Of a stretch of DNA of 64,000 nt, positions 1-8,839 are shown in pieces (positions within the stretch are counted from its first letter, which is position 1; each line of letters opens with the position of its first letter). This DNA is from a virus: positions 1-64,000 of the IMG/VR virus record IMGVR_UViG_3300017783_000007. The stretch is one strand, 5' to 3'. The notes below the pieces were generated by a model. That model ran no database searches. It was not told where the DNA came from and saw only the letters and a list, made by a program, of their open reading frames with translations. Both the position numbers and the translations under genes were made by a program.

Positions 1-513
1 CACTGGTCTCCTCTAGAAATGGTATCTGCTACCATTGAAATTGAAACAACGCGAGACATTGCACGACAAATGCTGCGTCATCGCTCTTTCTCCTTTCAGG
101 AGTTTAGTCAGCGATATGCTATGCCTGAAGCATTGGGTACTCCTGTTTTTCGTGAAGCACGGGGTCAAGATCCTAAGAATCGACAGAATTCTGTACGGCT
201 TGAGGACGGACCGATTCATGCGGAATGGTTAGTAAAACAACGAAATGCTTGGGAAGCTGCTCGTACTGCCTACGATTGGGCAATCAAGCAGGGTATTGCT
301 AAAGAGCAAGCTCGTGCTGTCATGCCCGAAGGAATAACTCCTTCACGACTATATATGGCAGGGACTATTCGTAGTTGGGTACATTTTATTCAGCTACGGA
401 GCGGAAATGGCACACAGCTAGAACATGCACGGATTGCAGTAGAGTGTGCAGAAGCACTAACAGAAATCTTCCCTATGATTACTGAGTTTGTAGACGGAGC
501 GTATAATCCGTGA
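1..513 (+). CDS. thyX: Flavin-dependent thymidylate synthase ThyX (5'-truncated by window edge)
   Basis: ThyX motif RHRSFSFQEFSQRY. The frame is open from base 1 (HWSPLEM...), so the true start is probably upstream of the window. Confidence 0.95.
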   Translation, partial: HWSPLEMVSATIEIETTRDIARQMLRHRSFSFQEFSQRYAMPEALGTPVFREARGQDPKNRQNSVRLEDGPIHAEWLVKQRNAWEAARTAYDWAIKQGIAKEQARAVMPEGITPSRLYMAGTIRSWVHFIQLRSGNGTQLEHARIAVECAEALTEIFPMITEFVDGAYNP

Positions 514-734
514 AGTTTACAATCTATGGAAAGCAAGACTGTGTGTTCTGCGATAAAGCAAGACGATTGCTAAAAAGTAAGAATCTTAGCTTTGATTATA
601 TGCAGCTTGACCGCGACTATACGATGGATGATTTATGGGCAAAAGTAAAGTTTACTACCTACCCGCAAATTTTTATGGATGATTACCACATCGGTGGCTA
701 TGACAAACTTTATAAGTATATAGAAAATCTATGA
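510..734 (+). CDS. Glutaredoxin
   Basis: CVFC active site, TYPQIF cis-Pro motif, IGGY; 74 aa. Confidence 0.92.
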   Translation: MKFTIYGKQDCVFCDKARRLLKSKNLSFDYMQLDRDYTMDDLWAKVKFTTYPQIFMDDYHIGGYDKLYKYIENL

Positions 735-1174
735 CAGGAAAGAAATATGACGGAGAGAAGCCACAAATGTATTTGCTTCCTCCAAAAGCAATCACAGAGG
801 TAGCAAAAGTATTGACATTTGGGGCTTCTAAGTACGGCCCAGATAACTGGAGAAAGTTAGATGATTTACAGAACAGGTATAGCAGTGCTGCTATGCGGCA
901 TATTTTTGCTCACATCGACGGCAGTGTATTAGACGAAGAAAGCGATTTATCACATTTGGCACATGCTATTTGTTGTTTATTATTCAAATTGGAGATAGAG
1001 TTAGAGAATGGCAAGGGTAAAAAAGAAGAGCTACGAGAATCTTACATCTGGAAACATTCAGAGAGTTATAGAAGCCCTCCGCCAGGAGTCACCTATAACC
1101 AAGAAAGAAGCCTGCGAAATGCTGAATATAGCATACAATACGACTCGTCTGACCCGAATTCTGGAGGACTTTGA
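731..1174 (+). CDS. dATP/dGTP diphosphohydrolase-like protein (DUF5664 type)
   Basis: GKKYDGEKP...VLTFGASKYGPDNWRK...AAMRH...DEES.LSHLAHA pattern. The last ~55 codons overlap the next gene. Confidence 0.8.
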   Translation: MTGKKYDGEKPQMYLLPPKAITEVAKVLTFGASKYGPDNWRKLDDLQNRYSSAAMRHIFAHIDGSVLDEESDLSHLAHAICCLLFKLEIELENGKGKKEELRESYIWKHSESYRSPPPGVTYNQERSLRNAEYSIQYDSSDPNSGGL

Positions 1175-1679
1175 GGAACAACAGGCATATGTAAAAAAGA
1201 GAAAGCAACATAATAGAGGTCGTCCTGCTTCCACAGCAGAGATTCAGGATGCAGTGCTTTCTTATTTGCAGGGTGATAACATTAGTGATATTTCTAAGTC
1301 TATGTATCGTTCTGCGCTATTTATAAAGAATTTGTTAGAGCGCATAGGAGTGCCTCAAAGACCTGCTTCTCTTGATGAAAGAGTACAGAATGCTTATCTA
1401 CCAGAAGAGTGTGTGTCCGATGACTTTGAGGTAGGAGAGAAAGTATGGTCAGCAGGATATCATGCTCCAGCAGTTATAGAGAAAAGATTAGACGATAAAA
1501 AATACATAGAGTTGTATGGATGTCCGTGTTACTCTATTTATATCTTTGAGAAAGTAGACTCTTCCGAAAGTTTCTATTCAAATACTGAGTTAGGGGGCTT
1601 TTATGCCTACTCCCCTGCCTATGATTTAGGTAAGCTAGCGCACTTACAAGAGCATGGAGTAAATCTGGAACGTATATGA
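1008..1679 (+). CDS. T5 D2-like protein (putative DNA-binding)
   Basis: TKKEACEML, YLQGD..S.I...YRS and C-terminal HL...GV resemble T5 D2; GGAG/AGAG upstream; syntenic before D3. Confidence 0.75.
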   Translation: MARVKKKSYENLTSGNIQRVIEALRQESPITKKEACEMLNIAYNTTRLTRILEDFEEQQAYVKKRKQHNRGRPASTAEIQDAVLSYLQGDNISDISKSMYRSALFIKNLLERIGVPQRPASLDERVQNAYLPEECVSDDFEVGEKVWSAGYHAPAVIEKRLDDKKYIELYGCPCYSIYIFEKVDSSESFYSNTELGGFYAYSPAYDLGKLAHLQEHGVNLERI

Positions 1680-1831
1680 TTTGGAAGATTTGGAAATATG
1701 CGATTGGGTCTTTTAATGATGAGACAACCCGAGAGTATGATAATCATGTAGCTATCATAAGAACAATAGTGGTACTTATAAACTTTCTCACTTGTTTCTT
1801 TATTATGGCAAATGTAGTGCACAATTGGTGA
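1676..1831 (+). CDS. Small putative membrane protein (51 aa), not in ORF track
   Basis: Hand translation: MIWKIWKYAIGSFNDETTREYDNHVAIIRTIVVLINFLTCFFIMANVVHNW. ATGA overlap with the D2 stop; hydrophobic C-terminal helix. Confidence 0.7.
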   Translation: MIWKIWKYAIGSFNDETTREYDNHVAIIRTIVVLINFLTCFFIMANVVHNW

Positions 1832-1836
1832 TTGAT

Positions 1837-2070
1837 ATGAGCTTTGCAGACAATGTATTAAATGCCCTTTATGAGGATAATATACGCATTACATATACCA
1901 GTGTTATTAGTGGCAGAGAGCTGCAGGGCGTATATACTCTAAAAGGCGATAAAAGAATACAGCAACAAGACGCTTCCGACACTATAGTGTGTTGGGACGT
2001 GAAAAATAAGGTATGGCAAGACATTCGTAAAGAAACAATTACGACATGGATTCGAGTCATAGATTGGTAG
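1837..2070 (+). CDS. Hypothetical protein, WYL_2/SH3-barrel-like
   Basis: IVCWDVKNKVWQDIR resembles the phage WYL_2-type motif; ATG at 1837 follows the upstream stop. Confidence 0.55.
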   Translation: MSFADNVLNALYEDNIRITYTSVISGRELQGVYTLKGDKRIQQQDASDTIVCWDVKNKVWQDIRKETITTWIRVIDW

Positions 2071-2153
2071 ATAAGGAAACTAAGCTAGGACTAAAGATAG
2101 GGATGTGCTTAGTTGCAGGCATATATCTGCTTTCAGTTCTACTAGTGTTATAA
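2046..2153 (+). CDS. Possible small membrane peptide (35 aa)
   Basis: MDSSHRLVDKETKLGLKIGMCLVAGIYLLSVLLVL; one hydrophobic helix; fills the gap between neighbours. Confidence 0.4.
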   Translation: MDSSHRLVDKETKLGLKIGMCLVAGIYLLSVLLVL

Positions 2154-2163
2154 TGGGAAAAAT

Positions 2164-2286
2164 ATGGACGACAAAAAAGATGACGTTTATTACAGCGGTT
2201 GGTTCTACTGTTACCTCAGACGAGATAAGTTTAGGTGGCCCGAATATATCGAGTTTTATAGACGACTTGACAAAAATATTTCTTGA
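2164..2286 (+). CDS. Possible small aromatic-rich protein (40 aa)
   Basis: MDDKKDDVYYSGWFYCYLRRDKFRWPEYIEFYRRLDKNIS; GGGA upstream; ends at the promoter -35 box. Confidence 0.45.
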   Translation: MDDKKDDVYYSGWFYCYLRRDKFRWPEYIEFYRRLDKNIS

Positions 2287-2311
2287 CAGAAATGTCAATA
2301 TCAATTATAAT
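2272..2311 (+). promoter_or_regulatory. Sigma70-type promoter with A/T-rich upstream element
   Basis: TTGACA (2283-2288), 17-nt spacer, TATAAT (2306-2311); preceded by AAAAATATTTC. Confidence 0.9.
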
Positions 2312-2420
2312 AGTTGTCAATAAAGTTAAGGAAACCAATGGGCGACCGATTTTATCAACAGCAAATAGACAGCTTGGGTACTTGCCCAGGCTCCACCCGT
2401 AAACCGAAAAGGAAACGAAA

Positions 2421-2784
2421 AATGGCTTGGGACGACGACAAGAAAGCAGCAGTCATCAAAGATTACGAAGCTGCTGAGCCTACCCCTGAAACTTCAATGG
2501 AAATTGTCAAAGACATCGCAGATGAGTACGGCGAGTCACCAAATGGTGTTCGTATGGTTCTCAGCAAAGCCGGTGTATATGTAAAGAAAACTCCTGCCCC
2601 TTCAGGTAGTAGCTCTTCTGGTGGTGGTGGTGGTGGTACTCGCGTATCAAAAGCTGCTGCCCAAGAAGCTCTCATCGCAGCAATCACTGATGCAGGTCAA
2701 GAGGTCGACGAAGATGTAGTATCTAAGTTGACTGGTAAGGCTGCTCAATACTTCACCACGGTACTCACCTCAGTAACTAGCTAA
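2421..2784 (+). CDS. T5 D3-like DNA-binding protein (alternative in-frame start at 2338)
   Basis: SMEIV..IA.E.G..PNGVRM.L.KAG.Y.KK, R.SKA.A and KLTGKAA match my recall of T5 D3; AAGGA RBS. Confidence 0.8.
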
Positions 2785-2788
2785 TCCC

Positions 2789-2817
2789 AGGGGCTTCGGC
2801 CCCTCCTTACTCCTTTT
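2789..2817 (+). terminator. UUCG hairpin, probable weak terminator
   Basis: AGGGGC-TTCG-GCCCCT just after the D3 stop; U-tract is interrupted. Confidence 0.55.
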
Positions 2818-2866
2818 AGTGGCACAGTAAAATACTTTTTGCTAACCTACTATTTAAGGAGATTTT

Positions 2867-3133
2867 GTGAGAAAAGAGGACTTAGCAAAGCTAGTAACTG
2901 AGTACGGTGATGCAATCATCACGTATCGAAGTGAAAACTCTAAAAAACTAAAATACAACGTGTGTACTTTAGATTTTAGCACTCCATATATTCAGACAAA
3001 AACAAACCGGGCAAAGGGGTCTGATAGGACTCTTTTGCTTTTTTGTTGGGACACTGACTCGTATAGACTGCTTAAACCAGAAAATGTAACAAGCGTTGTG
3101 CCTCTTTCGTCAATTCTACGCAATGGGAAGTAG
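2867..3133 (+). CDS. Conserved T5-like hypothetical protein (SH3-like)
   Basis: AAGGAG RBS plus GTG start; LLFCWDTDSYRLL; same position as the T5 gene after D3. Confidence 0.65.
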   Translation: MRKEDLAKLVTEYGDAIITYRSENSKKLKYNVCTLDFSTPYIQTKTNRAKGSDRTLLLFCWDTDSYRLLKPENVTSVVPLSSILRNGK

Positions 3134-3135
3134 TT

Positions 3136-3435
3136 ATGGAACTACACGAAGCCCCTGCGGTATATGAAAAAATCATACACTATGATGAAGCGAAAGAGAT
3201 ACAAGTACGTCTTGTTGTTAGTACTTTTCGGGGTATAGAATATCTACACCTTAGAAAATACTATTTAGATTTTACCGAAGAATGGAAGCCAACACCGGAA
3301 GGTGTAGCTATGCAACTCGACTTCAATAACTCCCGAGAACTATTTTCTGGACTTATCGAGATCCTCTCCCTTGCAGAATCAAAGTCTATTTTAGAAGAAT
3401 ATTTCAAAGATTATTTAGACGAGATCTATAAATAA
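3136..3435 (+). CDS. PC4/p15-like ssDNA-binding protein
   Basis: VRLVVSTFRGIEYLHLRKYY...WKPT..GV PC4 signature; T5 synteny. Confidence 0.8.
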   Translation: MELHEAPAVYEKIIHYDEAKEIQVRLVVSTFRGIEYLHLRKYYLDFTEEWKPTPEGVAMQLDFNNSRELFSGLIEILSLAESKSILEEYFKDYLDEIYK

Positions 3436-3438
3436 TAC

Positions 3439-3467
3439 TTTACTTTTTCTTCTGAATCCCGTATAAT
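3439..3467 (+). promoter_or_regulatory. Sigma70-type promoter
   Basis: TTTACT-N17-TATAAT upstream of ligase subunit A. Confidence 0.7.
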
Positions 3468-3492
3468 ATATATTCATTCAGTGGAGAAATAC

Positions 3493-4413
3493 ATGCAATT
3501 TTTGGAGAAAGCCGCAGCCGCTTACTATGCAGGAGACCCCATCATTTCTGATGAAGAGTTCGATGCGTTGTCAGGCGAGTACGGCTATGACTCTGTAGGA
3601 CATAAGATTACTGATGGTATACCCCATCGTTTTCGAATGTACTCATTGCAGAAGTACTTCTCCCTGGAAGATGCCGGCTCTTTGGTGCCGGAGTATATCA
3701 GCTCTCCAAAACTGGACGGTGCCGCAGTATCTATTCTATATGTATCTGGTCAATATGCCTTGGGCTTGACCCGTGGTGATGGCAAGATAGGTAGAGACAT
3801 TACAGATAAGTTGGCTCATCTTGTCCCAGACACTATCGGCTTAGATGGAATCGTACAGATTACTGGAGAAGTTGTTGCCCCTGCACATATTCCTAACGCT
3901 AGGAACTATGCTTCTGGGGCTCTTAACTTGAAGGACATGGAGGAGTTTGCAACGCGAGACATCAGCTTTATTGCTTATGATATAGCTCCCAACCCTTTTG
4001 TTTACTTGCGTAGTTCCTTTGTGGGTCTTAGACGTATGGGGTTTACTACAGTCGCTGATGTTCCTGAGGGGTTGTACCCGACAGATGGCATTGTATATCG
4101 TGTCAACGATAACGAAAAGTTTGCTGAACTAGGGTACACAGACCACCACCCTCGCGGAGCCTTTGCTTTGAAAGAAGTAAAGAGTGGAGTAGTAACAAAA
4201 CTACTGGATGTAGAGTGGCAGGTAGGCAAAAGCGGGGTCGTAAGTCCCGTAGCAATTCTAGAGCCTGTACAAATCGGAGATGCTACGGTATCTCGTGCAA
4301 CACTGCACAACATTGAGTACATTCGCTCACTAAATCTTGAACTAGGTTGTGATGTGGAGGTCATTCGCAGTGGCGAGATCATACCTCGCATCGTCCGACG
4401 TGTAAAAATTTAG
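3493..4413 (+). CDS. ligA: NAD-dependent DNA ligase, subunit A (adenylation and OB domains)
   Basis: KLDG adenylation motif, TRGDG, GEV, RNYASG, DGIV, ATLHN, GEIIPRI. Confidence 0.93.
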   Translation: MQFLEKAAAAYYAGDPIISDEEFDALSGEYGYDSVGHKITDGIPHRFRMYSLQKYFSLEDAGSLVPEYISSPKLDGAAVSILYVSGQYALGLTRGDGKIGRDITDKLAHLVPDTIGLDGIVQITGEVVAPAHIPNARNYASGALNLKDMEEFATRDISFIAYDIAPNPFVYLRSSFVGLRRMGFTTVADVPEGLYPTDGIVYRVNDNEKFAELGYTDHHPRGAFALKEVKSGVVTKLLDVEWQVGKSGVVSPVAILEPVQIGDATVSRATLHNIEYIRSLNLELGCDVEVIRSGEIIPRIVRRVKI

Positions 4414-4424
4414 GTGCAGGTCAG

Positions 4425-4465
4425 AAAAAATAATTCTTGACAAGAATCTCATTTTCTCGTATAAT
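4425..4465 (+). promoter_or_regulatory. Sigma70-type promoter between the two ligase halves
   Basis: AAAAAATAATTC-TTGACA-N17-TATAAT. Confidence 0.88.
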
Positions 4466-4493
4466 ATACGTTCAATTTCACAGGAGTCTTTTA

Positions 4494-5258
4494 GTGACAA
4501 CGATTCAAGTTCCAACAAATTGCCCCAGTTGCAATTCTGTTCTTGAATGGTCTAATGATCAGCTATTTTGTCGTAATTCTAATTGCGATAGCCAGTCTCA
4601 AAAGAAAATTGTGCATTTCGCAAAAACTCTCAAGATCAAAGGTCTCGGCCCAGCCTCCGTAGAGAAGCTAGGCTTTGAGGGTGTTGCCGATATATATGAC
4701 GCTGATATTGAGCTTTTAGCTGAAAAGTTAAACTCTGAAAAGCTCGCGGAGAAATTGTTTAAAGAAATACAAAACTCTCGGAAGGCTCCTTTGAACCTTC
4801 TGTTGCCGGCAATGAGTATTCCGTTGATAGGCAAGACAGCTACTGAGAAACTTTCAAAATGTTCAAACGGACTCTATGAAGTCGATGCGGAAGTTTGTAG
4901 AAGTGCTGGTCTTGGCCCGAAGCAGACTGACTCTTTGTTAGGATGGCTAGAACTAAACGACGACCTGGATTTGTTGCCTCACTCTTTGCAGTTTGAAAAA
5001 ACAAGCGTAGAAAGTACAGAATCCCAGGGTGCAGTATGTATTAGTGGTAAGCTCAAGAGTTTCAAAACTAAAGCTGACGCTACACAAGCACTATCAGAGT
5101 TAGGGTATTCTGTGAAGAGTTCTTTAACTAAAGAGGTGACTATTTTAATTAATGAAAGCGGAATTGAGTCAGCTAAAACAAAACAAGCCAGACAAGCTGG
5201 CATAACTATTATTGAAAATCTTTTAGATTTTATTGGAGAAAAACATGGCATTGCCTAA
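4494..5258 (+). CDS. ligB: NAD-dependent DNA ligase, subunit B (Zn finger, HhH, BRCT)
   Basis: CPSC...C...C, IKGLGP and IPLIG HhH motifs, BRCT-like C-terminus; AGGAG plus GTG at 4494. Split ligase as in T5. Confidence 0.9.
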   Translation: MTTIQVPTNCPSCNSVLEWSNDQLFCRNSNCDSQSQKKIVHFAKTLKIKGLGPASVEKLGFEGVADIYDADIELLAEKLNSEKLAEKLFKEIQNSRKAPLNLLLPAMSIPLIGKTATEKLSKCSNGLYEVDAEVCRSAGLGPKQTDSLLGWLELNDDLDLLPHSLQFEKTSVESTESQGAVCISGKLKSFKTKADATQALSELGYSVKSSLTKEVTILINESGIESAKTKQARQAGITIIENLLDFIGEKHGIA

Positions 5259-5970
5259 GTGGACCGAAGAACGTACTGACCAGCTCGTTAGCTTTGTTGG
5301 TGACGAATCCCCAGTTTCTCAAGCAACTGTTGCAGAAGCAGCAGAACAGCTTGAAACCTCAACTCGCTCAGTTTCTAGCAAGCTGCGCAAGATGGGTCAT
5401 GATGTAGAGCTAGCCTCTGCCTCAGCTTCTCGTGCTTTTAGCGAAGCACAAGAAAGCACTCTTGCAACTTTTGTGCAAGACAACAGCGGTGAGTATACTT
5501 ATGCTCAAATCGCTGATAACTTTGAAGGCGGTGCCTTCTCAGCTAAGTCAATCCAAGGCAAGATTTTGTCTATGGAATTGACTGATCACGTCAAGCCTGC
5601 TCCTAAGGTAGAGACTGTTCGTACTTACTCTGAAGCAGAAGAAGAAACTTTTGTTCAGATGGTGAACGATGGTGCCTATGTAGAAGCAATCGCTGATGCT
5701 CTTGACCGTAGTGTTAACTCAGTACGAGGCAAGGCTCTGAGCCTGCTGCGTTCTGGTGACATTGATGCTATTCCTCGTCAGGAGCACACGAAAGGCGCTG
5801 CGAAAGAAGATCCATTGGCAGACTTGGGTGACATCTCAGGTATGACAGTAGAGGCTATCGCAGAGGCCATTGGTAAGACTGCTCGTGGTGTCAAAACTAT
5901 GTTGACTCGACGTGGCTTGTCTGCCGCAGACTATGACGGTGCTGCTAAAGCTGCTAAAGCTGCGCAGTAA
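5245..5970 (+). CDS. T5 D5-like DNA-binding protein/regulator
   Basis: RSV.SKLRK.G, YTYA.IA, QGKILSMELT, RGKALSLLR and DYDGAAK match my recall of T5 D5. Confidence 0.88.
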   Translation: MALPKWTEERTDQLVSFVGDESPVSQATVAEAAEQLETSTRSVSSKLRKMGHDVELASASASRAFSEAQESTLATFVQDNSGEYTYAQIADNFEGGAFSAKSIQGKILSMELTDHVKPAPKVETVRTYSEAEEETFVQMVNDGAYVEAIADALDRSVNSVRGKALSLLRSGDIDAIPRQEHTKGAAKEDPLADLGDISGMTVEAIAEAIGKTARGVKTMLTRRGLSAADYDGAAKAAKAAQ

Positions 5971-6030
5971 ACTAACAAAAGATTGGAGTGAAGTCTTTTG
6001 CCAGAAGGCTTCTCTCCGTTGGGAGAAAGA

Positions 6031-7383
6031 GTGAATATTGCTAGTGCGCTCATAAAGCAGGTACTTGTGCTGCAGGATTTCGATACCTGGAGTTCTGTAC
6101 GCAAAGACTATTTGCCCGCTGAATATCATACGGTATTTAGCACAATTGATAAGCACTATGATAAATATCACTCTCTTCCAACATTTGAAGACTTAAAGTT
6201 TGAGGTAAGAGACACCGCAACCCTAGAAAAGCTGTATGCTATTCAGAGTGTGGATGTAGATGTAGACGCATTTATGCTTCTGCAGTACCTAAAAAATGAG
6301 TACACCCAAAAGGAAATCTTAGATTCCTTAGAGGATTATATTGATAACTCTGTTGCCTTTGAGGATGCAGAAGAGTCAGTATCGCACCTACATCAGATTG
6401 TATTAGACGTCGAAAAGAAAGTAGACCTCGAAATGCCACAAGAGAGTATGCAACGTATTCCCTTGTTTGAAAATGATGAAGAGATCGGCAAATATCTGCC
6501 CCTTGGTCTAAACACCGAGTACGACCACGAGATCCAGTTCTCTCCCAGAGATTTGGTTCTTCTCGGGGGTCGTCGCGGGGCAGGTAAATCTCTAACGTGT
6601 GCAAACATTGCTCACAATGTCTTTGAGAGTGGTCGTTCGGCTATGTATTTCACTATCGAGATGGATAGCCGTTCGATTCTTCAAAGAGTATGTTCTATTG
6701 CTACGGGAATACCTTTTTCTCGTTTGCGAACAAAAAATCTTAGTGTGCTTGAATGGGAAGCAGTAGCCGGATGGTGGGCCAACCGCTATAAGGCTGGACA
6801 AGAAAGGTTTGTAGAATACAAAGAACATCGTGACTTCGAGAAATTTCATCATAGCTTATCAACAACTACCGAACTTCTCCCAGATCGGCAGCTTGATGTT
6901 ATCTATGATCCAGGTCTTACTCTGGCAAAAATTAAGGCCGAATTGGACAAGAAAGTGAAAGCTCTCAACGTTGGGGTAATTCTAGTAGACTATATTAACC
7001 AAGTAAAACGCTCGGCTATTCCTTCTCGCTCAGGACAGTATGATTGGACAGAACAGATAGAGGTGAGCAAAGCCCTCAAGTCTATGGCACAGGAGTACGA
7101 ATGTACTGTTGTATCGCCATATCAGACGGACGCGAGCGGCGAAGCACGCTTTGCCAAAGGTATACTTGATGCTGCCGACGCAGCTTATGCTCTTGAGACT
7201 TATGACCAAGAGGATGCTTGTATGACTTTTAATTGTGTAAAGATGCGATCCGCCGCTATGCGCTCCTTCACATCTCAAATGAATTGGGAGACTATGAAAA
7301 TAGGCCCAGAAAGTGCAATGACGCCACAAGAGAAGGAAGGGTCTACACATAAGACGGGCGAAGAGATAGACGACGTTATATAA
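6031..7383 (+). CDS. DnaB-like replicative helicase
   Basis: Walker A GRRGAGKS, FTIEM, VDYIN Walker B, ARFAKGILDAAD; GGGAG plus GTG at 6031. Confidence 0.9.
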   Translation: MNIASALIKQVLVLQDFDTWSSVRKDYLPAEYHTVFSTIDKHYDKYHSLPTFEDLKFEVRDTATLEKLYAIQSVDVDVDAFMLLQYLKNEYTQKEILDSLEDYIDNSVAFEDAEESVSHLHQIVLDVEKKVDLEMPQESMQRIPLFENDEEIGKYLPLGLNTEYDHEIQFSPRDLVLLGGRRGAGKSLTCANIAHNVFESGRSAMYFTIEMDSRSILQRVCSIATGIPFSRLRTKNLSVLEWEAVAGWWANRYKAGQERFVEYKEHRDFEKFHHSLSTTTELLPDRQLDVIYDPGLTLAKIKAELDKKVKALNVGVILVDYINQVKRSAIPSRSGQYDWTEQIEVSKALKSMAQEYECTVVSPYQTDASGEARFAKGILDAADAAYALETYDQEDACMTFNCVKMRSAAMRSFTSQMNWETMKIGPESAMTPQEKEGSTHKTGEEIDDVI

Positions 7384-7420
7384 AATAGTTCTTGACTTTT
7401 TCAGCTGAATCTAGTATAAT
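7382..7420 (+). promoter_or_regulatory. Sigma70-type promoter
   Basis: AAAATAGTTC-TTGACT-N17-TATAAT. Confidence 0.85.
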
Positions 7421-7447
7421 ATGTGTTCACTTGAAATAGGAGAAGCT

Positions 7448-7762
7448 ATGATTATTGTAGGCAGTATGAACCATACCCCTTCAGGCCGTCGTAAGAAAAG
7501 AATTGTGACCAAGAAAAAGAAAGCAGAGTTTGTTCCCCTCCGTGCTAAACCTCATCAGCTACCTGAGTTTAAACAGGCACAGTGGCAAAAAGACTATCAA
7601 GCAAGACCTTATGTACCGGGGCAAATTAACAGCCTGGGTATCGACCTCGAGTGGGAAGCCGAAAAGAAAAAAATCAGCAATAAGTATACTGTAGCACCCG
7701 CTTATAACAAAGGTGCTTATCAGGTTATACCCTCGGACTCTATAGACCAAATTGGCAAGTAG
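7448..7762 (+). CDS. Basic hypothetical phage protein
   Basis: AGGAG plus ATG at 7448; Lys/Arg-rich N-terminus; C-terminal APAYNKGAYQVI. Confidence 0.65.
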   Translation: MIIVGSMNHTPSGRRKKRIVTKKKKAEFVPLRAKPHQLPEFKQAQWQKDYQARPYVPGQINSLGIDLEWEAEKKKISNKYTVAPAYNKGAYQVIPSDSIDQIGK

Positions 7763-7763
7763 T

Positions 7764-8012
7764 ATGAACTTCAAAGAAAAAATGCTCGTAATCACTATGG
7801 AAGAGTGCGGCGAGCTTACTCGTGCTTGTTCTAAGATATTAAGACATGGAGTCTTAAAAGATGAAAAGTATATCAAGAATCTAAAAGAAGAACTAGCTGA
7901 TGTACAAACAATGCTGCGAGTCATAGCTTATGAATATGCTATAGATGAGAAAGAAATAGAAGACCTAGTAATTAAACGAACACTTAAGATGGCGCAGAAA
8001 GACTACAGATGA
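7764..8012 (+). CDS. MazG-like NTP pyrophosphohydrolase
   Basis: EECGEL...EELADV, the EXXE...EXXD all-alpha NTP-PPase motif. Confidence 0.75.
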   Translation: MNFKEKMLVITMEECGELTRACSKILRHGVLKDEKYIKNLKEELADVQTMLRVIAYEYAIDEKEIEDLVIKRTLKMAQKDYR

Positions 8013-8839
8013 ATGTAGAAGAATTATTAACTCAGAAGCAGATTCCTTTTATTCCGAAAGGAAAGGATTATGTAGTGCGTTGTCTAAATCCTGAGCATGA
8101 TGATTCCAACCCAAGCATGAGAATCGACCAGATAGATGGTCGGTTCAATTGTTTTGCGTGCGAGTTCAAAGGTAATATCTTTACTTACTTTGGAGAAGCC
8201 GCAACGGGGTTACAGTTACGCAAAGAGTTGCTTAAGAAAAAGATTCAGGAGAAGCGAGCTGAGAATGTTGGCCTTGCTTTTCCAAAAGACTATATGCCCT
8301 ATGTCGGTAACTGGAGAGGCATCTCTCCCAAGACTTACAGAAAGTTTGAAGCATTTGAACACAGTGGCTCAGACTATATTAGTAGAATTAACTTTCCGAT
8401 ACGAGATATATCTGGAAAGATTGTAGCATTTCAGGGCAGACATACTTCGGGCGGAGTTCCTAAGTATAAGTTCAGTCCCCCAGGTGCTAAACTTCCTTTA
8501 TTTCCTGCAAGTATAGAACCAAAGCTAGGAGAAGTACTTCTAGTAGAAGGTATATACGATGTAATTAACTTGCATGATAAAGGATTGACCAATGCAGTAT
8601 GTTGTTTCGGTACAAACAATATCAATGAAGATAAGCTCGCTATGTTGCAGATGCAAGGAGTATCTAAACTAGCAATCTTTTTTGATGGTGACGAAGCCGG
8701 ACAGAAAGCTGCAAACAATGTTAAAGTAATGTGCGAGAAAGTTGGTCTCGTAACTAGGAACATCAATCTCGCAGAGACTGATCCTGGTGCACTTACTGAA
8801 TCTCAAGTAAATAAATTAGAGAGAAAATTATATGCCTAA
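8009..8839 (+). CDS. DNA primase
   Basis: C..H...C..C Zn ribbon; Toprim VEG.YD and FDGDEAG. Confidence 0.92.
   Translation: MNVEELLTQKQIPFIPKGKDYVVRCLNPEHDDSNPSMRIDQIDGRFNCFACEFKGNIFTYFGEAATGLQLRKELLKKKIQEKRAENVGLAFPKDYMPYVGNWRGISPKTYRKFEAFEHSGSDYISRINFPIRDISGKIVAFQGRHTSGGVPKYKFSPPGAKLPLFPASIEPKLGEVLLVEGIYDVINLHDKGLTNAVCCFGTNNINEDKLAMLQMQGVSKLAIFFDGDEAGQKAANNVKVMCEKVGLVTRNINLAETDPGALTESQVNKLERKLYA

Noticed and set aside
2105-2323. 72-aa ORF from the track
   Set aside because: Runs through the whole promoter and has no clear RBS; the two smaller ORFs tile the gap better, though this is not certain.
3493-5258. Ligase as a broken pseudogene
   Set aside because: Both halves have RBS, promoter and intact motifs; the split is the known T5 arrangement.
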